Made by a program: the position numbers and the translations under genes. A stretch of 63,020 bases of DNA, counting the filler, from Basidiobolus ranarum (taxonomy: Eukaryota): assembly GCA_040143965.1 (NCBI GenBank). It is 7 parts of 7 records of this genome, joined end to end, with 100 filler letters (N's around TTAATTAATTAA, not from the genome) between each part and the next. Parts side by side here need not be neighbours in the genome. Positions count along the whole stretch, not along the records: positions 45,121 to 54,021 come from JASJQH010007779.1; positions 54,122 to 63,020 come from JASJQH010007780.1; 5 more parts are not named here. The stretch is one strand, 5' to 3'. Shown in pieces: positions 51,209-63,020 of the stretch. Below the pieces are notes generated by a model. That model was not told the DNA's origin, made no database searches, and worked only from the letters and a program-made list of their open reading frames with translations. Position 1 is the first letter of the stretch, and the number at the start of each line of letters is the position of its first letter.

Positions 51209-52214
51209 GTTAGTGTGAAAAGGATAAAGTGACCAGAGAAATTAGGACTTTAGAGTTAATTTGGGATAGAATATAACGCGTAAATAAGTTAAGGATAATA
51301 AATTCAATATATATGATGTTTCCAAAAGACGTGTTGAGCAGAAAAACTCGATCGATACGGAATATTGGTCCATTTAAATGGAATTGAAGCCTCGAACTGA
51401 TAAAAGATAGAGTTCCTAGATTGATTTGTGTTCTTTAGAACATGGAACCTGAATCAGGTAAAACCTTTCTAGTAATACAGAGCTGGTCACGCTAGGAATA
51501 ACCGGAGTACCCACTGAAACTAGGTGCTTAGATAGTGAATGGTGCTGATGCAACTTAATCCAATTTTACCCATCTGAGAACTACCTTATTAGGCCATTTT
51601 CAAAAACTAGCCAACCATTTCCGTTCTATAATTAGCGAATGGAACGTTTATTTATAAATCAACACTGACGACTAAAGTTACGCTGTCTACTGTGGTGAAT
51701 AGTGAAGTGATGGATCGGGTGTTTATTTGTTTGCTTTCTTCTAGTCCATTTAGAGAGTATCAGTAAACTATGGCGAACTCCGTCCATGACTTACTTACAG
51801 TAGCACATATTTTGCATTTACTGAACCGAGGACTTGATTGGGAGTTTAGCAGTTCCAACTTCCCTATTATGTTGTTCAATTACATGGTACAATTATACGG
51901 TACACTTTTGAAGCAGTATGTTGTGTAAATTAAAATTCGAGTGAATATCTGCGAGTTATTTACTAATTATTTAACACACTACTGATATATAGAGTATTTG
52001 ATCTTCATTTAAGCTTGGTCGATATTCGGATGTATCACCACAATTTAGCCTTTCATATTTGCCAAACAAGGACGCATTGATCAAAACATTATGTTATTCA
52101 GATACTTCATTTTAACACTGGTTGTACTAGTGCACATAGCCACACTTCCGTTATTGAAAATGAATTGAGAGCAGATTAAATGATGTCCTTATATGGGACT
52201 TGTGTTAGTAAGGT

Positions 52215-52606
52215 GTTAGTTATTACCATATATTTCAATAAGATATAGCTCACTATTCACAATCAGAATTTACTTGGAATACTGACACCAACTTAGAAGT
52301 TCTCAGATATATAGACTTCTCAAACTTGTGCTAGAAGCCTGAAACTTTGCAAACCTGTTCCTGGGACCTTCCTTAACACATTTAACATATTTGTTTGTTT
52401 ACTCTTTGGCAAAACTGGAAGTGGCAACCTCCTACTCAGCAAATTTATGTGAAAGCCACCCATTTCTCTAATTCTGCAAACCACTTCCAGCAGGCTCACA
52501 AAACACTTTAACAGGTTATGTGCCCCAAGCTCTCACTCTCCATAATGTTAACTTTGCAAATTTCTCGAACCTTTCCTTCTGAAAAAATTGGATGGGACCA
52601 ATAATC
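52215..52606 (+). mobile_element. Older copia 5' LTR + PBS + first gag codons, interrupted by a second copy
   Basis: LTR ends ...TTTAACA at 52513, PBS GGTTATGTGCCC, gag start (KLDGTN) cut at 52606. Confidence 0.8.
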
Positions 52607-54021
52607 TGTTGAAATTAGCATTGCCTAAACACCTATATAGTCATATATAGCTTAGTACTTAGTTATCTTATATTTCACTGAGATATTATCCATTATTCTC
52701 AATTGGAATTTACTTAGAATATTGACACCAACTTAGGAGTTCTCAGATATATAGATTTTTCAAACAAGCCCCCAACTTTGCACACATGTTCCTGGGACCT
52801 TCCTTAACACATTCTACACATTAGTTTGTTTACATCTTGACAAAACTGTAAATGTCAACTTTCTACTCAATAAATCAATAAGTGAAAACCATCAATTCCT
52901 CTAATTCTCAAACCACTTCCAACAGGCTCCCAAATACTTTAACAGGTTATGAGCCCCAAGCTTGCACTCTCTTTAATGTCAACTTCTCAAATCTATGGAA
53001 CTTTTCCCACTTCTGAAAAATTCAAGGAACCAATTACCAAGTATGGAAAATTGAAATGAAAATGCTGCTGCAAGAAAAAGGACTTTGGGACATTGTTGTA
53101 GGAGAAGAAAATAATGCAAAACTATCTGAAACCAAAGTTCTACTCGAGGTTAAAAAAGAACCAAGTGCCTTTAACACAATTTGTCTTAATGTCAAAGACA
53201 AATTGCTAATTCAATGTTCAAGAGCTAAAACTGCCAAGAAGGTATGGAAAGCCTTGGAAGACATCTACCAAATAAGTTCTGCTGCCAACAAGATGTTTCT
53301 AAGATGAGAACTCTTTAACTTAAAGATGAAGCCTGCAGAAGACATTAAATCACTAATTAATAGAGTCACTATTTTAGTGGATGAAATGGAATGCATTGGA
53401 GCACCTACCACTGATAAAGATATCCTGGTTGCAGTCCTGAATAGCCTGCCACACAGGTTTCAGAGCCTAGCAATGGCTCTAGAATCAAGAACTGAAATTT
53501 GAGTGTAAATTATGTATTTGGCAGACTTCTGCATGAAGATTTATGCAAATTGGGATCCAACCAAAAGAATTAAGAAAATGCTTTAATAGGCTATGGGAAA
53601 CCTTCCCATAAAGGTCAAAAGCACTTTAAGAAGAAAAATAACACATTCTGTGATTACTATAAAAGAACTGGCCATTTAAGCAAAGATTGCTTTAAAAGAA
53701 TTGCAAAAGAAGAAAAACATACTGAATCTGGAAATGTGGTTACAACAGAAGATCACTTGTTCATATCTGCTCTATCTATGACTACCAACAAGGATTCTCA
53801 GATGTGGTATATTGATTCTGGAGCTTCTCAACATTTCACAAATGAAAAACATTGGTTTGTGGATTATGAAGAAAACCCAATTGGAAAGGTTGTCATAGGA
53901 GATTACCACTCATTGGATGCTATTGGAATGGGAACAATTCAAGTCAATTTAACTGGAGCTTCTGAAGAGAAAGTATATACTTTTAAGGATGTACTACATG
54001 TTCCAGATATTGCCAAGAATT
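52607..54021 (+). mobile_element. Ty1/copia 5' part: LTR 52607-52944, PBS, gag, zinc knuckle, protease (defective)
   Basis: TGTTG...AACA LTR, PBS GGTTATGAGCCC at 52945, gag NYQVWKIEMKMLLQEKGLWDIV, degenerate knuckle CDYYKRTGHLSKDC, protease WYIDSGASQH; in-frame stops. Confidence 0.92.
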
Positions 54022-54121
54022 NNNNNNNNNNNNNNNNNNNNNNNNNNNNNNNNNNNNNNNNNNNNTTAATTAATTAANNNNNNNNNNNNNNNNNNNNNNN
54101 NNNNNNNNNNNNNNNNNNNNN
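54022..54121. other. Artificial contig spacer
   Basis: N-run/TTAATTAATTAA/N-run. Confidence 0.99.
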
Positions 54122-54595
54122 GTTTCATAATAGAAGCAAACACATAGATATTAAGCATCACTTCATTAGAGAGACTATAGAGAAAAAGTTTATTGACTTA
54201 ACTTATTGTTCTACAGAAGACATGATTGCTGATATATTAACCAAACCATTAGCTAGACAGAAATTTGAGAAATTTAGACCTTTCTTAGGATTAGTTTATA
54301 TAACTATCTAGTTGAGGAAGAGTGTTGAAATTGACATTTCCTAAACATCAATTTAGTCATATATAGCTTAATACTTAGTTATCTTATAATTTGCAAACAT
54401 ATTATCCATTATTCTCAATTGGTATTTACTTAGAAGTTCTCAGATATATAGATTTTTCAGACTTGTGCTAGAAGCCCCAAGCTTAGCACACATATTCATG
54501 GGACCTTCCTTAGCACATTCTACATGCCAGTTTGCTTACATCTTGACAAAACTATAAATATAAAAAAACCCCTAAGTTCTCCAAATACTTTAACA
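54122..54595 (+). mobile_element. Copia 3' end: RNase H C-terminus, PPT and 3' LTR (54323-54595)
   Basis: HNRSKHIDIKHHFIRE...MIADILTKPL; GAGGAAGAG immediately before TGTTGAAATT; family-A LTR with internal deletions. Confidence 0.9.
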
Positions 54596-57521
54596 CTTAG
54601 ATAATATACTGGAGAATATATATATCAAATTTTGGATCAATATGTTGACTAAATAGGTTTTGCTTGTTTTCAAACTGAGTAAACAATAATAAAGCAACAA
54701 TATAATCTGATCAAAGTATTACTGAGTTAAGAAGTGTCAATAGGTGTAGCATTGCTGGAGATATAGACCTGAAACATTAAACACATATGAGTAGTGCACT
54801 TTCCACAAGCCTGTTACATGTTTTTGACAGCCAAGCCCACATCTTACCACACTGCTGAATATATCTATTCATGATGGTCTTCCAAAGTAAATAGCAGTAA
54901 ATATAGATTCACATATTCATTATGTATTTGTGCTTACAAAGCTTTATCGAAAGACCCTTTGCCCAATGAGGCTGTGCACGCATTCGTCAATCTAGAAAGG
55001 TAATTCTATGCATCTCTTCGCTTTGTTATGTAGGAAAAATTGCATCCAACATGTGCAAATTTTGAAGTAGGGAGATCTTAGGTCAATTGCTCTGCTTGTG
55101 CTAAACTAAACATACCCAGAAGTGATAAGAGTTAATCCAATTTCTGCTAATCATACTTTGGTATCAACTATCCCAAATCAACTTATCGGTAGAGTTCTAG
55201 CAAACGTCATTTCTCGAAGCGGTTTTATCGCAAGTGACAGAATGGTAAAGATTAGCCATATGTGGGAAAACATTGAGCTACTTGAGTTGCGATGTAATTT
55301 TCCTGTAAATCATTCAGTAAGCAAGGTGAGTAAATTGTACACAAACACTTTTGCTCTATGAATAACAATGGAGGCTAGAAGTTCTCACGCGACAATTCAG
55401 TAGTAAGCTATAAATACACTATTATCTTTCCAGGATAGTTGCTCAAAGGTACATTTTTGGGCAAGTGCCGAATTTGGACATGCCAATTTTGGTAATGATA
55501 AGGCGATGTTCTGGATTTGAAACACCATGGCTTATTTTCATTACTCTATAATTTCACAAGATCACTAACAATGGTATGTTCAAAAGTAACGATAGATCTG
55601 TCACAGCCTATGTAGAGTGTATTTCTGGTAGAGTTCAAATAATGTTACGACATTACTTCTAAGTCTAGAATGGCGACAATCAAGGAGTGCTTCTAGCTTA
55701 TGACATGCATGTTATACAGAAAATTCTACGAGCTGATTTAGCCCTTAAAACGGAACGAATTTATTTATCGAGATATCGCATCCAATGTGATTTTAGTTCA
55801 TTGGAATTCTCTACTTGGAATTTTTAGCAGGGAAAAGAATAGCAATAACTCCGAAGTATTGTGTTGACCTCCTAAGTTTTAACCCTAACCATTCCCATTA
55901 AGGCAAGTCAAGGCAATCTGAGTGCCTAGGTGCATTGATTGACTAATATAGGTGAACACCATATATAGATGAAACTCTGTATGCTCCACCTGACCCTAAC
56001 TCTGAAATAGGTCACGTTTATCCAATGTTATGTATCTCTTGACTAGACACGACTAAGTGTTAAAGCTATTCCTTAGCCGCTCTTTATCCAGGAATAAATT
56101 AGATCTTCGTTAAATCAAATGAAGTGCAAACTCCCCAAACATATACAGTCGGTAGTGCGACCTAATACCTAGTCAAAATACCAAGTCAAAGAGCTGACCA
56201 CTGGATCTGAGGTGCCTGTTGCTACATAATCAAAAATAAACATTACCTAGATATATCGGTAAAAGTTGACAAATGTTCACCAACCAGACGAAATCTCGCC
56301 TGTTATAAGCCAATAAAATGGTAGTATTAATAATCAGCGTCCAGTATAGTGGCATTTAGGTATATATATATATTTAATCACAACAGGTTAGCCACAATAA
56401 AATATTAAGCTTCGGACAACTATCTTACCATACTTTCAATGCCATAAATAGGAGGTATTGAGCAGTCAATGACGTGAACCTAGGTGATATGCGAATCTAG
56501 AAACATACCCACCATAGTATAGTCCACACTACCTGGATTCTAGGAGCATAACGCGTACTAATACAAAATTTCTTACCATGGGTTCGTATCTTATATGCAG
56601 ACAAACCCACATGGGCATAAGTATAAGCCAAAATAAGATATAATCTTTCTCAACGATAATGAATATCGCAATTTCTATTAATTAAGAACTTTACATACAT
56701 ATTTTCAGTTGTCTAGGGTGTGTCGTTGAGAAAAAAGAAGCATATTAAAAGTAAAGAAAGCTCCAAAATCAAGTAAGTGTATGCTTTATAGCGAGATTAA
56801 CCTAGCAGAGTTATCATTGTATGCCATTTAAGCTTTAGTCAGTATGAACTCCACGACTGATAGTACAAACTACGAGTTAAGAATACTTTTCTAAGAACCT
56901 AAGCATTGTGATTAACGAAACATCCCATATATACTCCGGATCAGATAGCATGAAAATTTATAAGAAAACAATCAGCAGTTTCGATAAACAAAACAATATA
57001 TTTAAAGTTTTTAATCAGTAGAGATTTGAGATACAGGTCGGGACAGGTTCTGAGGCGCTGGTGATTCTTCTATGCAATTCTTGGTCATTAATACATCTTG
57101 TAATCAGCTCTTTCGCTGTGTATAAACGAAAGGGGAAGCCAAAAAGCTACTTGACTCGTAAGTAAAAGATTCTATACTTACGAGCTGTACCTGAGTGGAT
57201 GCATTGAGATCGCAGAGTGTATGATGAATCGATTCTTGACAATAACAACTAATTGAGATAATTACATTAGATGGCATTGTGTATTGTTTTTTTACTTAGT
57301 AACGCGAGTAGATCTTTCCCACGACTTTCGCACTTTCAACTTAAGTATTCACAAAATTTGAAGTGACACCAATGGTCAGAGGTGTGGATAAATATCAAGG
57401 AGAATTTTTCTTGCACTAACATTGGCAATCAATGCCTATACAATTCTGTGTTCATTATATACAATTTATTCCATTTGAATTTTCCAAATTCATCATGGGA
57501 GCATCTTTTACCAACATTTTT

Positions 57522-57995
57522 CTAATTAACTTGAGGAGTACCATTCGTTAGTTGGTCCTTGGTCAAATACTGATCAGTGATGGACTTGGGGAGTCCATCG
57601 ATTGGGGCGGCCCCACCGCAAGTGTACGAGCACCAAATATTCCAAGGGCCGGAGGAGCACTTTTTCGTGCATAACAACAGAATTCTAGTGTCATTCCATC
57701 CAAATTGAAGATCGCTTTCAATATTGTAACCATTTCCAGAGAAGTAGAGATTAAGACCAGCGTTAATCTCAACTGAAGGACCCCAAGCACAGGGAGCATC
57801 CACAAGGAAAGTAGTGCATTCTCTGGGAGTGCACACATTCAATTTGCCATACACCATGGTACTGCACCAATCATTGATTGAAAGGCATTTCATGTTGTAG
57901 TCGAAGATAGCAACTACGGACATCTCAGCCAGTACGGCTGGTATAACGGAGACCAAAAGAGCAGAGATTCCAACGGCAAAAAGGTTGAAGCGCAT
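57522..57995 (-). CDS. Small secreted cysteine-rich protein, paralog 1
   Basis: Signal peptide MRFNLFAVGISALLVSVIPAVLA; 9 Cys; TATA-like element near 58043; close paralog at 59310-59786. Confidence 0.88.
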   Translation of the reverse strand: MRFNLFAVGISALLVSVIPAVLAEMSVVAIFDYNMKCLSINDWCSTMVYGKLNVCTPRECTTFLVDAPCAWGPSVEINAGLNLYFSGNGYNIESDLQFGWNDTRILLLCTKKCSSGPWNIWCSYTCGGAAPIDGLPKSITDQYLTKDQLTNGTPQVN

Positions 57996-59309
57996 GTCTG
58001 TGTCTATGGTAAAAGTATTTACAAACCATGGAAAGTAGAGGTTTATATAGGTTCGCTCTTGTAATCAGTCTTTATCTATTCAGTTAAGAGAAGCGGATTG
58101 GCATTGAAGCAAAGATTGAGTAATGATATGATAGTACGTGTGAAGCTAGATTAATCAAAGTGGGATATCACCATATTCTATTTAAATCTGGACTCCACGA
58201 CTAATTGAGAATACTTTTCTAGGCTTCGCAATTAAGGAATTGGCCTCCATATCTGTTGACCAGAAAAAAAAATCGATAGCCTAAATGGAAAACATAAAAC
58301 ATTGACTTGGTTTGAATCAACCGTTTCTTACACATCATGCATTATTGGCTACCAGCATCCTTGTGAATCAATGGAATATGTATACAGATAGAGGAGCCAA
58401 AGGGAACTACTTGAACCTTGCCCAAATTAGCCAGCAACTAGGACAGCAATACATGTGAGGCGAATCTGTTGCACATATATAGTAAATATTTGCCACGATT
58501 GTACCTTTGTAGTAGGTTCTTAAACCTGCTTTTCTGGCTATGGCTAGATTAGTCAAACAGGGATATCATCATATGACCTTAGTCAACTGCACTTCTCAAA
58601 GAGTTCGCAAATTCTATTCTAGAAGATATGGCCATGTCGCTACATCAGATAAAGAGAAAAGAACAATCACTGTCGCTAGATTCAACTGACAAAGAAATAT
58701 GCGTAAAATGTTTAATCAGGATCAGTAGATGTTAGAGGCAATAGCAGCACATGTTCTGAGGCTGAAATTAAGCAGTTTCTTTCTCTTCTATGTAATTATT
58801 GGATATCAACCAAGTATCGCTAAAAAGTTGATTACATCCCTGCCTCAATCATCAAATCATTGCCAGTTTGAGTATTATTCTATAAGAGTGCAACTGTTGG
58901 GGATACAGAAGAGAAAGTCAGCTCCTCAACCTACCGGCGACGGTTATTTGCCTGAGTGAATGGATATTTCCATTGATACATCGAAACCGATCACAAGAAT
59001 GAAATACGAGACGACATATTCATAAATTTCTATTGCACTTGCATATGCTAAGCAGGAAAATTTACTTCGTATAAATGCATTGACGCATATACTCTTGGAA
59101 TCCATAAATAAATTGTGTATTTGCCTACCAATGCAAGTGAGTGAATCTTCTCTATAGCAGAGTTGATAAACATCATCCATTATTAGGAATCAGCATATTA
59201 CACCAATAGCTAGGAAATACAGGTTTCATAAGGATGTCCGCAATTAAGAGTAACTATTTACAGATATTGCCAATTACTGAACAATGATGATAGAGTTAAC
59301 AATACAAAA

Positions 59310-59786
59310 TTATTCCCAAATCATGGGAGTGTCATTCTCAATTTGTTCCTTGGTCAAATACTGATCAGTGATGGACTTGGGGAGTCGATCGATTGGGGCT
59401 GTTCCACCGCAAGTGTACGAACACCAAACATTCCATGGGCCGGAGAAGCACTCCTTTGTGCATAACATTGGAATTCTAGTGTTATCCCATCCAAATTGAA
59501 GATCACTCATACTATCGTAACCACTTCCAGAGAAGTAGAGATTAAGACCAGCGTTAATTGCAACCGAAGTAGTATAAGCGCTGGGAGCATCCACAAGGAA
59601 GGTAGTGCATTCTCCGGGAGTGCACACATTCAATTTGCCATACATCATGGTGCTACACCAAGCTGACATTGAAAGGCATTTCATGTTGAAGTCTAAGATG
59701 GCCACTACGGACATCTCCGCCAGTACGGCTGGTATAACGGAGGCCAAAAGAGCAGGGATTACGACGGCAAAAACGTTGAAGCGCAT
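59310..59786 (-). CDS. Small secreted cysteine-rich protein, paralog 2
   Basis: Signal peptide; 8 Cys all shared with paralog 1; colinear ORF. Confidence 0.88.
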   Translation of the reverse strand: MRFNVFAVVIPALLASVIPAVLAEMSVVAILDFNMKCLSMSAWCSTMMYGKLNVCTPGECTTFLVDAPSAYTTSVAINAGLNLYFSGSGYDSMSDLQFGWDNTRIPMLCTKECFSGPWNVWCSYTCGGTAPIDRLPKSITDQYLTKEQIENDTPMIWE

Positions 59787-60379
59787 GTCTGTTTCGTTGG
59801 AGGGATGGTTCTTAACTCATGGACAGTAGAGGCTTATATATGCGCTCGTAATTAGTCTCTATCTGTGTTATTGAGAAAAGGAGGCATAGTAGAAGATAAA
59901 CCAAAATTGACTAATGGCATGATTGTACGTTTATAGCTAGATTAGCCAAACAGGGCTATTATCATTATCAATGGCCAATGTGTACTCCACGACTAGTTGG
60001 AGATAGAAGCCTAAACTTGCCAATTTAACAATAGCACATGTGTGCTCCGTATCAGATAGCATGGAGTCGCATATACTGGAAAGGAACAATCGCTAACTTC
60101 AACAAGCAAAAGAGCTTTTAGCCAAGAGCAAAAGTTCACTGTTACTTAATACCCATAAACCTATTAAGCTGGGAGTCTAGTACAACACAAGCATGAATAT
60201 GGATGACTAATCTACTCCTCAACCATTTGGTAATTGGAAGCTTCTGGCATTACCTTCGATCTTTTGCACTCGTATATACAGACAAGGCAATTTCTGCGGG
60301 ATAAACTAAATTCGATCATGAGAGTCATACGGAAATATGGCATATTTATTTGCTTTACTGGGTCTCAATAGAGTCCGTA

Positions 60380-60440
60380 ATTAACAATGGGAGTACCATT
60401 CACGAGCTGTTCCTTTCTCAAACACAGCTTTGTGATATAC
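60380..60440 (-). pseudogene. 3' remnant of a third secreted-protein paralog
   Basis: Reads YITKLCLRKEQLVNGTPIVN versus SITDQYLTKDQLTNGTPQVN in paralog 1; the upstream coding region is missing. Confidence 0.6.
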
Positions 60441-60775
60441 TAAGAAAATAGGAATATATTAACATTAGAATATTCGATGTGCAGACAACTCCAGAATTGA
60501 ACGAAGCCGTAATAGAACGTTTATAGATAGATTAACCAAAGAGAGAGAGCATGATCAAGGCCATGCTATGTTTAGGCTTTGGTCATTGTTCACTCCACAG
60601 TAAGTTGAAAACTATTTTCTATACATTCAAGCTTCGCAATCAAGGAATGGAACTTCAGATTACAAGAAATGAATACTCGAAAGTTTAATGAACACGATTA
60701 AAGTGTATTAGCAGGAATTGGAGGCAATAGATGTTGAAATGTTAGAGTTGAGCACGCAACTACTCAACTAAATAG

Positions 60776-61210
60776 TGTTAAAGTATTTGTGAGCCTGTTG
60801 CAAGTGGTTCGGAGAATTAGAGAAATGGGTTATGTTTACTTGTTGATTTATTGAGTAGAAAGTTGACATATATAGTTTTGTCAAGATGTAAGCAAGCTAA
60901 CAGGTAGAATATGTTAAGGAAGGCCCCAGGAACATGTGTGCAAAGCTTAGGGCTTCTAGCACAAGTTATCAAATTCTATATATCTGAGAACTTCTAAGTT
61001 GGTGTCAATATTCTAAGTAAATTCCAATTGAGAATAATGGATAATATCTTAGTGAAATATAAGATAACTAAGTATTAAGCTATATATGGGTATATAGGTG
61101 TTTAGGCAATGCTAATTTCAACACTCTCTTTGAAATAAATGCTCATAAAAACTAATCCCAAGGAAGGTCTAAATTTCTCAAATTTCTGTCTAGCTAATGG
61201 TTTGGTTTAT
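60776..61210 (-). mobile_element. Copia 3' LTR (60776-61123) with PPT and RNase H tail
   Basis: Reverse complement of the family-A LTR; 61150-61210 matches 54240-54297 (TKPLARQKFEKFRP). Confidence 0.9.
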
Positions 61211-61520
61211 ATATAAGCAATCATGGTAAGGGTATAGATGTTCTAGTAAGGGTAAAGATGAAAAGAGGGGGTCTGGAGGACACAATCCTCCCAGTATAAA
61301 AAGAAAGCAGGGGGTTTGGGGGATGCAATCTTCTATGAACACCCCTATGACACAATATACTCGAGTTACTAGTACATGGGAAGAATTGTGCCTGCCCAAA
61401 CTTTCCAAAGGTCAGATCTCTTAGGGTGGGGGAAAACAGTCTCCATCAGGTGAAATATTTATTTCAAATAAAACAAAGAAGCCATAACTACTTTTGCAGT
61501 TTATTAAGCAAAGGATTAGG

Positions 61521-62068
61521 TGTTGAAATTAGCATTGCTTAAGCACCTATTTAGTAATATATGTATTAGTACTTAGTTATCTTAAAATACACTAAAATAT
61601 TCTCATATATTCTCAATTGGGATTTACTAGGAATAATTTTATCAACTTAGAAGTTCTCAGATATATAGAATTTTCTAACCTGTGCTAAAAGCCCCAAAAC
61701 TTGCACACATGTTCCTGGGATCTTCCTTAAAATATTCTACACATTATGTTGTTTACATCTTGACAAAACTATAAATGTCAACTTTCTACTGAATAAATCA
61801 ATATGTGAAAAACCACCAATTCCCCTAATTCTCCAAACCACTTCCAACAGGCTCCCAAATAGTTTCACAGGTTATGAGCCCCAAGCTTGCACTCTATGTC
61901 ATTTCTACTTCTCAAATTCATGGAACTTTTCACTCTTGTGAAAAATTGGATAGAACCAATTATCAAGTTTGGAAAATCACAATGAAAATGCTGCTGTAAG
62001 AAAAAGGACTTTAGGACACTATTGTAGGAGAAGAAAACATTGCAAAGCTATCTGAAACCAAAGTTTTA
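61521..62068 (+). mobile_element. Copia 5' LTR (61521-61869), PBS and truncated gag
   Basis: TGTTGAAATTAGC...CACA, GGTTATGAGCCC at 61870; gag colinear with 52977-53180 but with stops. Confidence 0.9.
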
Positions 62069-62804
62069 TGCAAGGTTAAAAAAGAACCAAGTGCTTTTAA
62101 CATCAATTTGTTGAATTAACTCTGCCTATGTTGTGTCCAAGAGGAAAGTGGATAAAAAGTCTTGAACTTTACTGAACCAAAGAGACAGTTAAGTGCAGAA
62201 TCTTAGAACTGTTTAAGCAGGATATATTAGGAGAGCAGATCTAACTAAAATATGTCTTGGGAATAGCAGTGGGTTGCTATGTTACGGTAGAGAGTAGGTT
62301 TGCTAGGCAGCTAGGCTTGGTGTTCTGTAGGTGCTAGTGGACACTAGGCTTGGATTGAAATGAGAGGGGAATATTGAATTTCTTGAGAAACAGAGAGAAG
62401 TGTTGAGATCCTATATTCAATGAGACACATACTAAACTAAAAGGTTCAGTTAGCTTTATTTATACTTTTTGATAGCAAAGTGAATTAGTCAGCACCAAGA
62501 TACTACATGACTAATTCTGATAAAAGAAAATGTGATTAGATAGATAGAAAGATAGATAAGTGAGTCATGCATCAGCTGAAGTCTTGGCAGTGAAAGATCA
62601 TTGGTTATGAATCTTGTGACTCCTATTGACTTGTGTCTAGGCAGATGACTTAGAGGTTAATACTGATTGGATAATGATCATGTGATTGGTCATAAGATCT
62701 GATAGAAGGGATAAGAGGATAGATAGTTAGTCATGTGATAAGTCATATGATAGGGTCACTGGATAAAGTCAGGTGACTAGTTAGTGATTATGATAAGCTG
62801 AACA
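62069..62804. mobile_element. Probable LTR of a different family inserted into the gag fragment
   Basis: Starts TGTTG where gag homology ends and finishes AACA; CpG-poor with tcacatg/catgtga-type motifs like 17270-17360; no clean target-site duplication seen. Confidence 0.5.
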
Positions 62805-62808
62805 AAAA

Positions 62809-62950
62809 TGTTAAAGTATTTGGGAGCCTGTTGGAAGTGGTTTGGAGAATTAGAGGAATTGATGGTTTTCACTTATTGATTTATTGAGTAGAAAGTTGAC
62901 ATTTGTAGTTTTGTCAAGATATATAAACAAACTAACATGTAGAATGTCAA
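62809..62950 (-). mobile_element. Partial family-A LTR
   Basis: Matches 60776-60915. Confidence 0.85.
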
Positions 62951-63020
62951 AGTGCTTCAGGAGTATTTTCAAAAGTATGAAGGGAAAAACCCAGTGCAAG
63001 TATGCAGAAAGTGACTTCAG

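Noticed and set aside
52607-54595. A single full-length copia element spanning the spacer at 54022-54121
   Set aside because: The two halves are on different size-sorted contigs and their LTRs differ considerably; juxtaposition is coincidental.
55879-56003. TAACCCTAACC / CCCTAA telomere-like motifs
   Set aside because: Only one or two units, internal; not an array.

Overview
This window is not contiguous. It is seven ~8.9-kb contigs (1-8933, 9034-17963, 18064-26985, 27086-36004, 36105-45020, 45121-54021, 54122-63020), sorted by decreasing length and joined by artificial N44-TTAATTAATTAA-N44 spacers, so adjacency across spacers is meaningless. The DNA is AT-rich, eukaryotic and has short spliceosomal introns. 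Gene content suggests an early-diverging fungus (Zoopagomycota/Mucoromycota, Basidiobolus-like; inference). Recognisable genes: Nbp2/Skb5 SH3 adaptor (with an in-frame TAG), WD40 protein, kinesin, a CBM5/12 chitin-binding C-terminus, NF-YB/Hap3, PP2A catalytic subunit, HMG-CoA reductase, Yap-like bZIP, Pho89/PiT phosphate transporter, two FAM72 paralogs, Ufd4-type HECT E3, a five-repeat Myb gene plus its pseudogene, isoaspartyl peptidase, PI-PLC X-domain protein, formin, Sel1-repeat protein and two small secreted Cys-rich paralogs. There are also many decayed, CpG-depleted Ty1/copia elements. Most interesting: (i) a Myb-repeat-only protein whose spliced N-terminus looks like a mitochondrial presequence; (ii) a U12-type (AT-AC) 5' splice site in NF-YB; (iii) a bZIP lacking the invariant basic-region Asn and carrying a CxxC tandem-repeat tail; (iv) tandem FAM72 genes both ending in Arg; (v) a birth-and-death array of an unrecognised 8-Cys secreted protein family. 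All gene models were spliced by eye and family assignments are from motif recall, not database searches.
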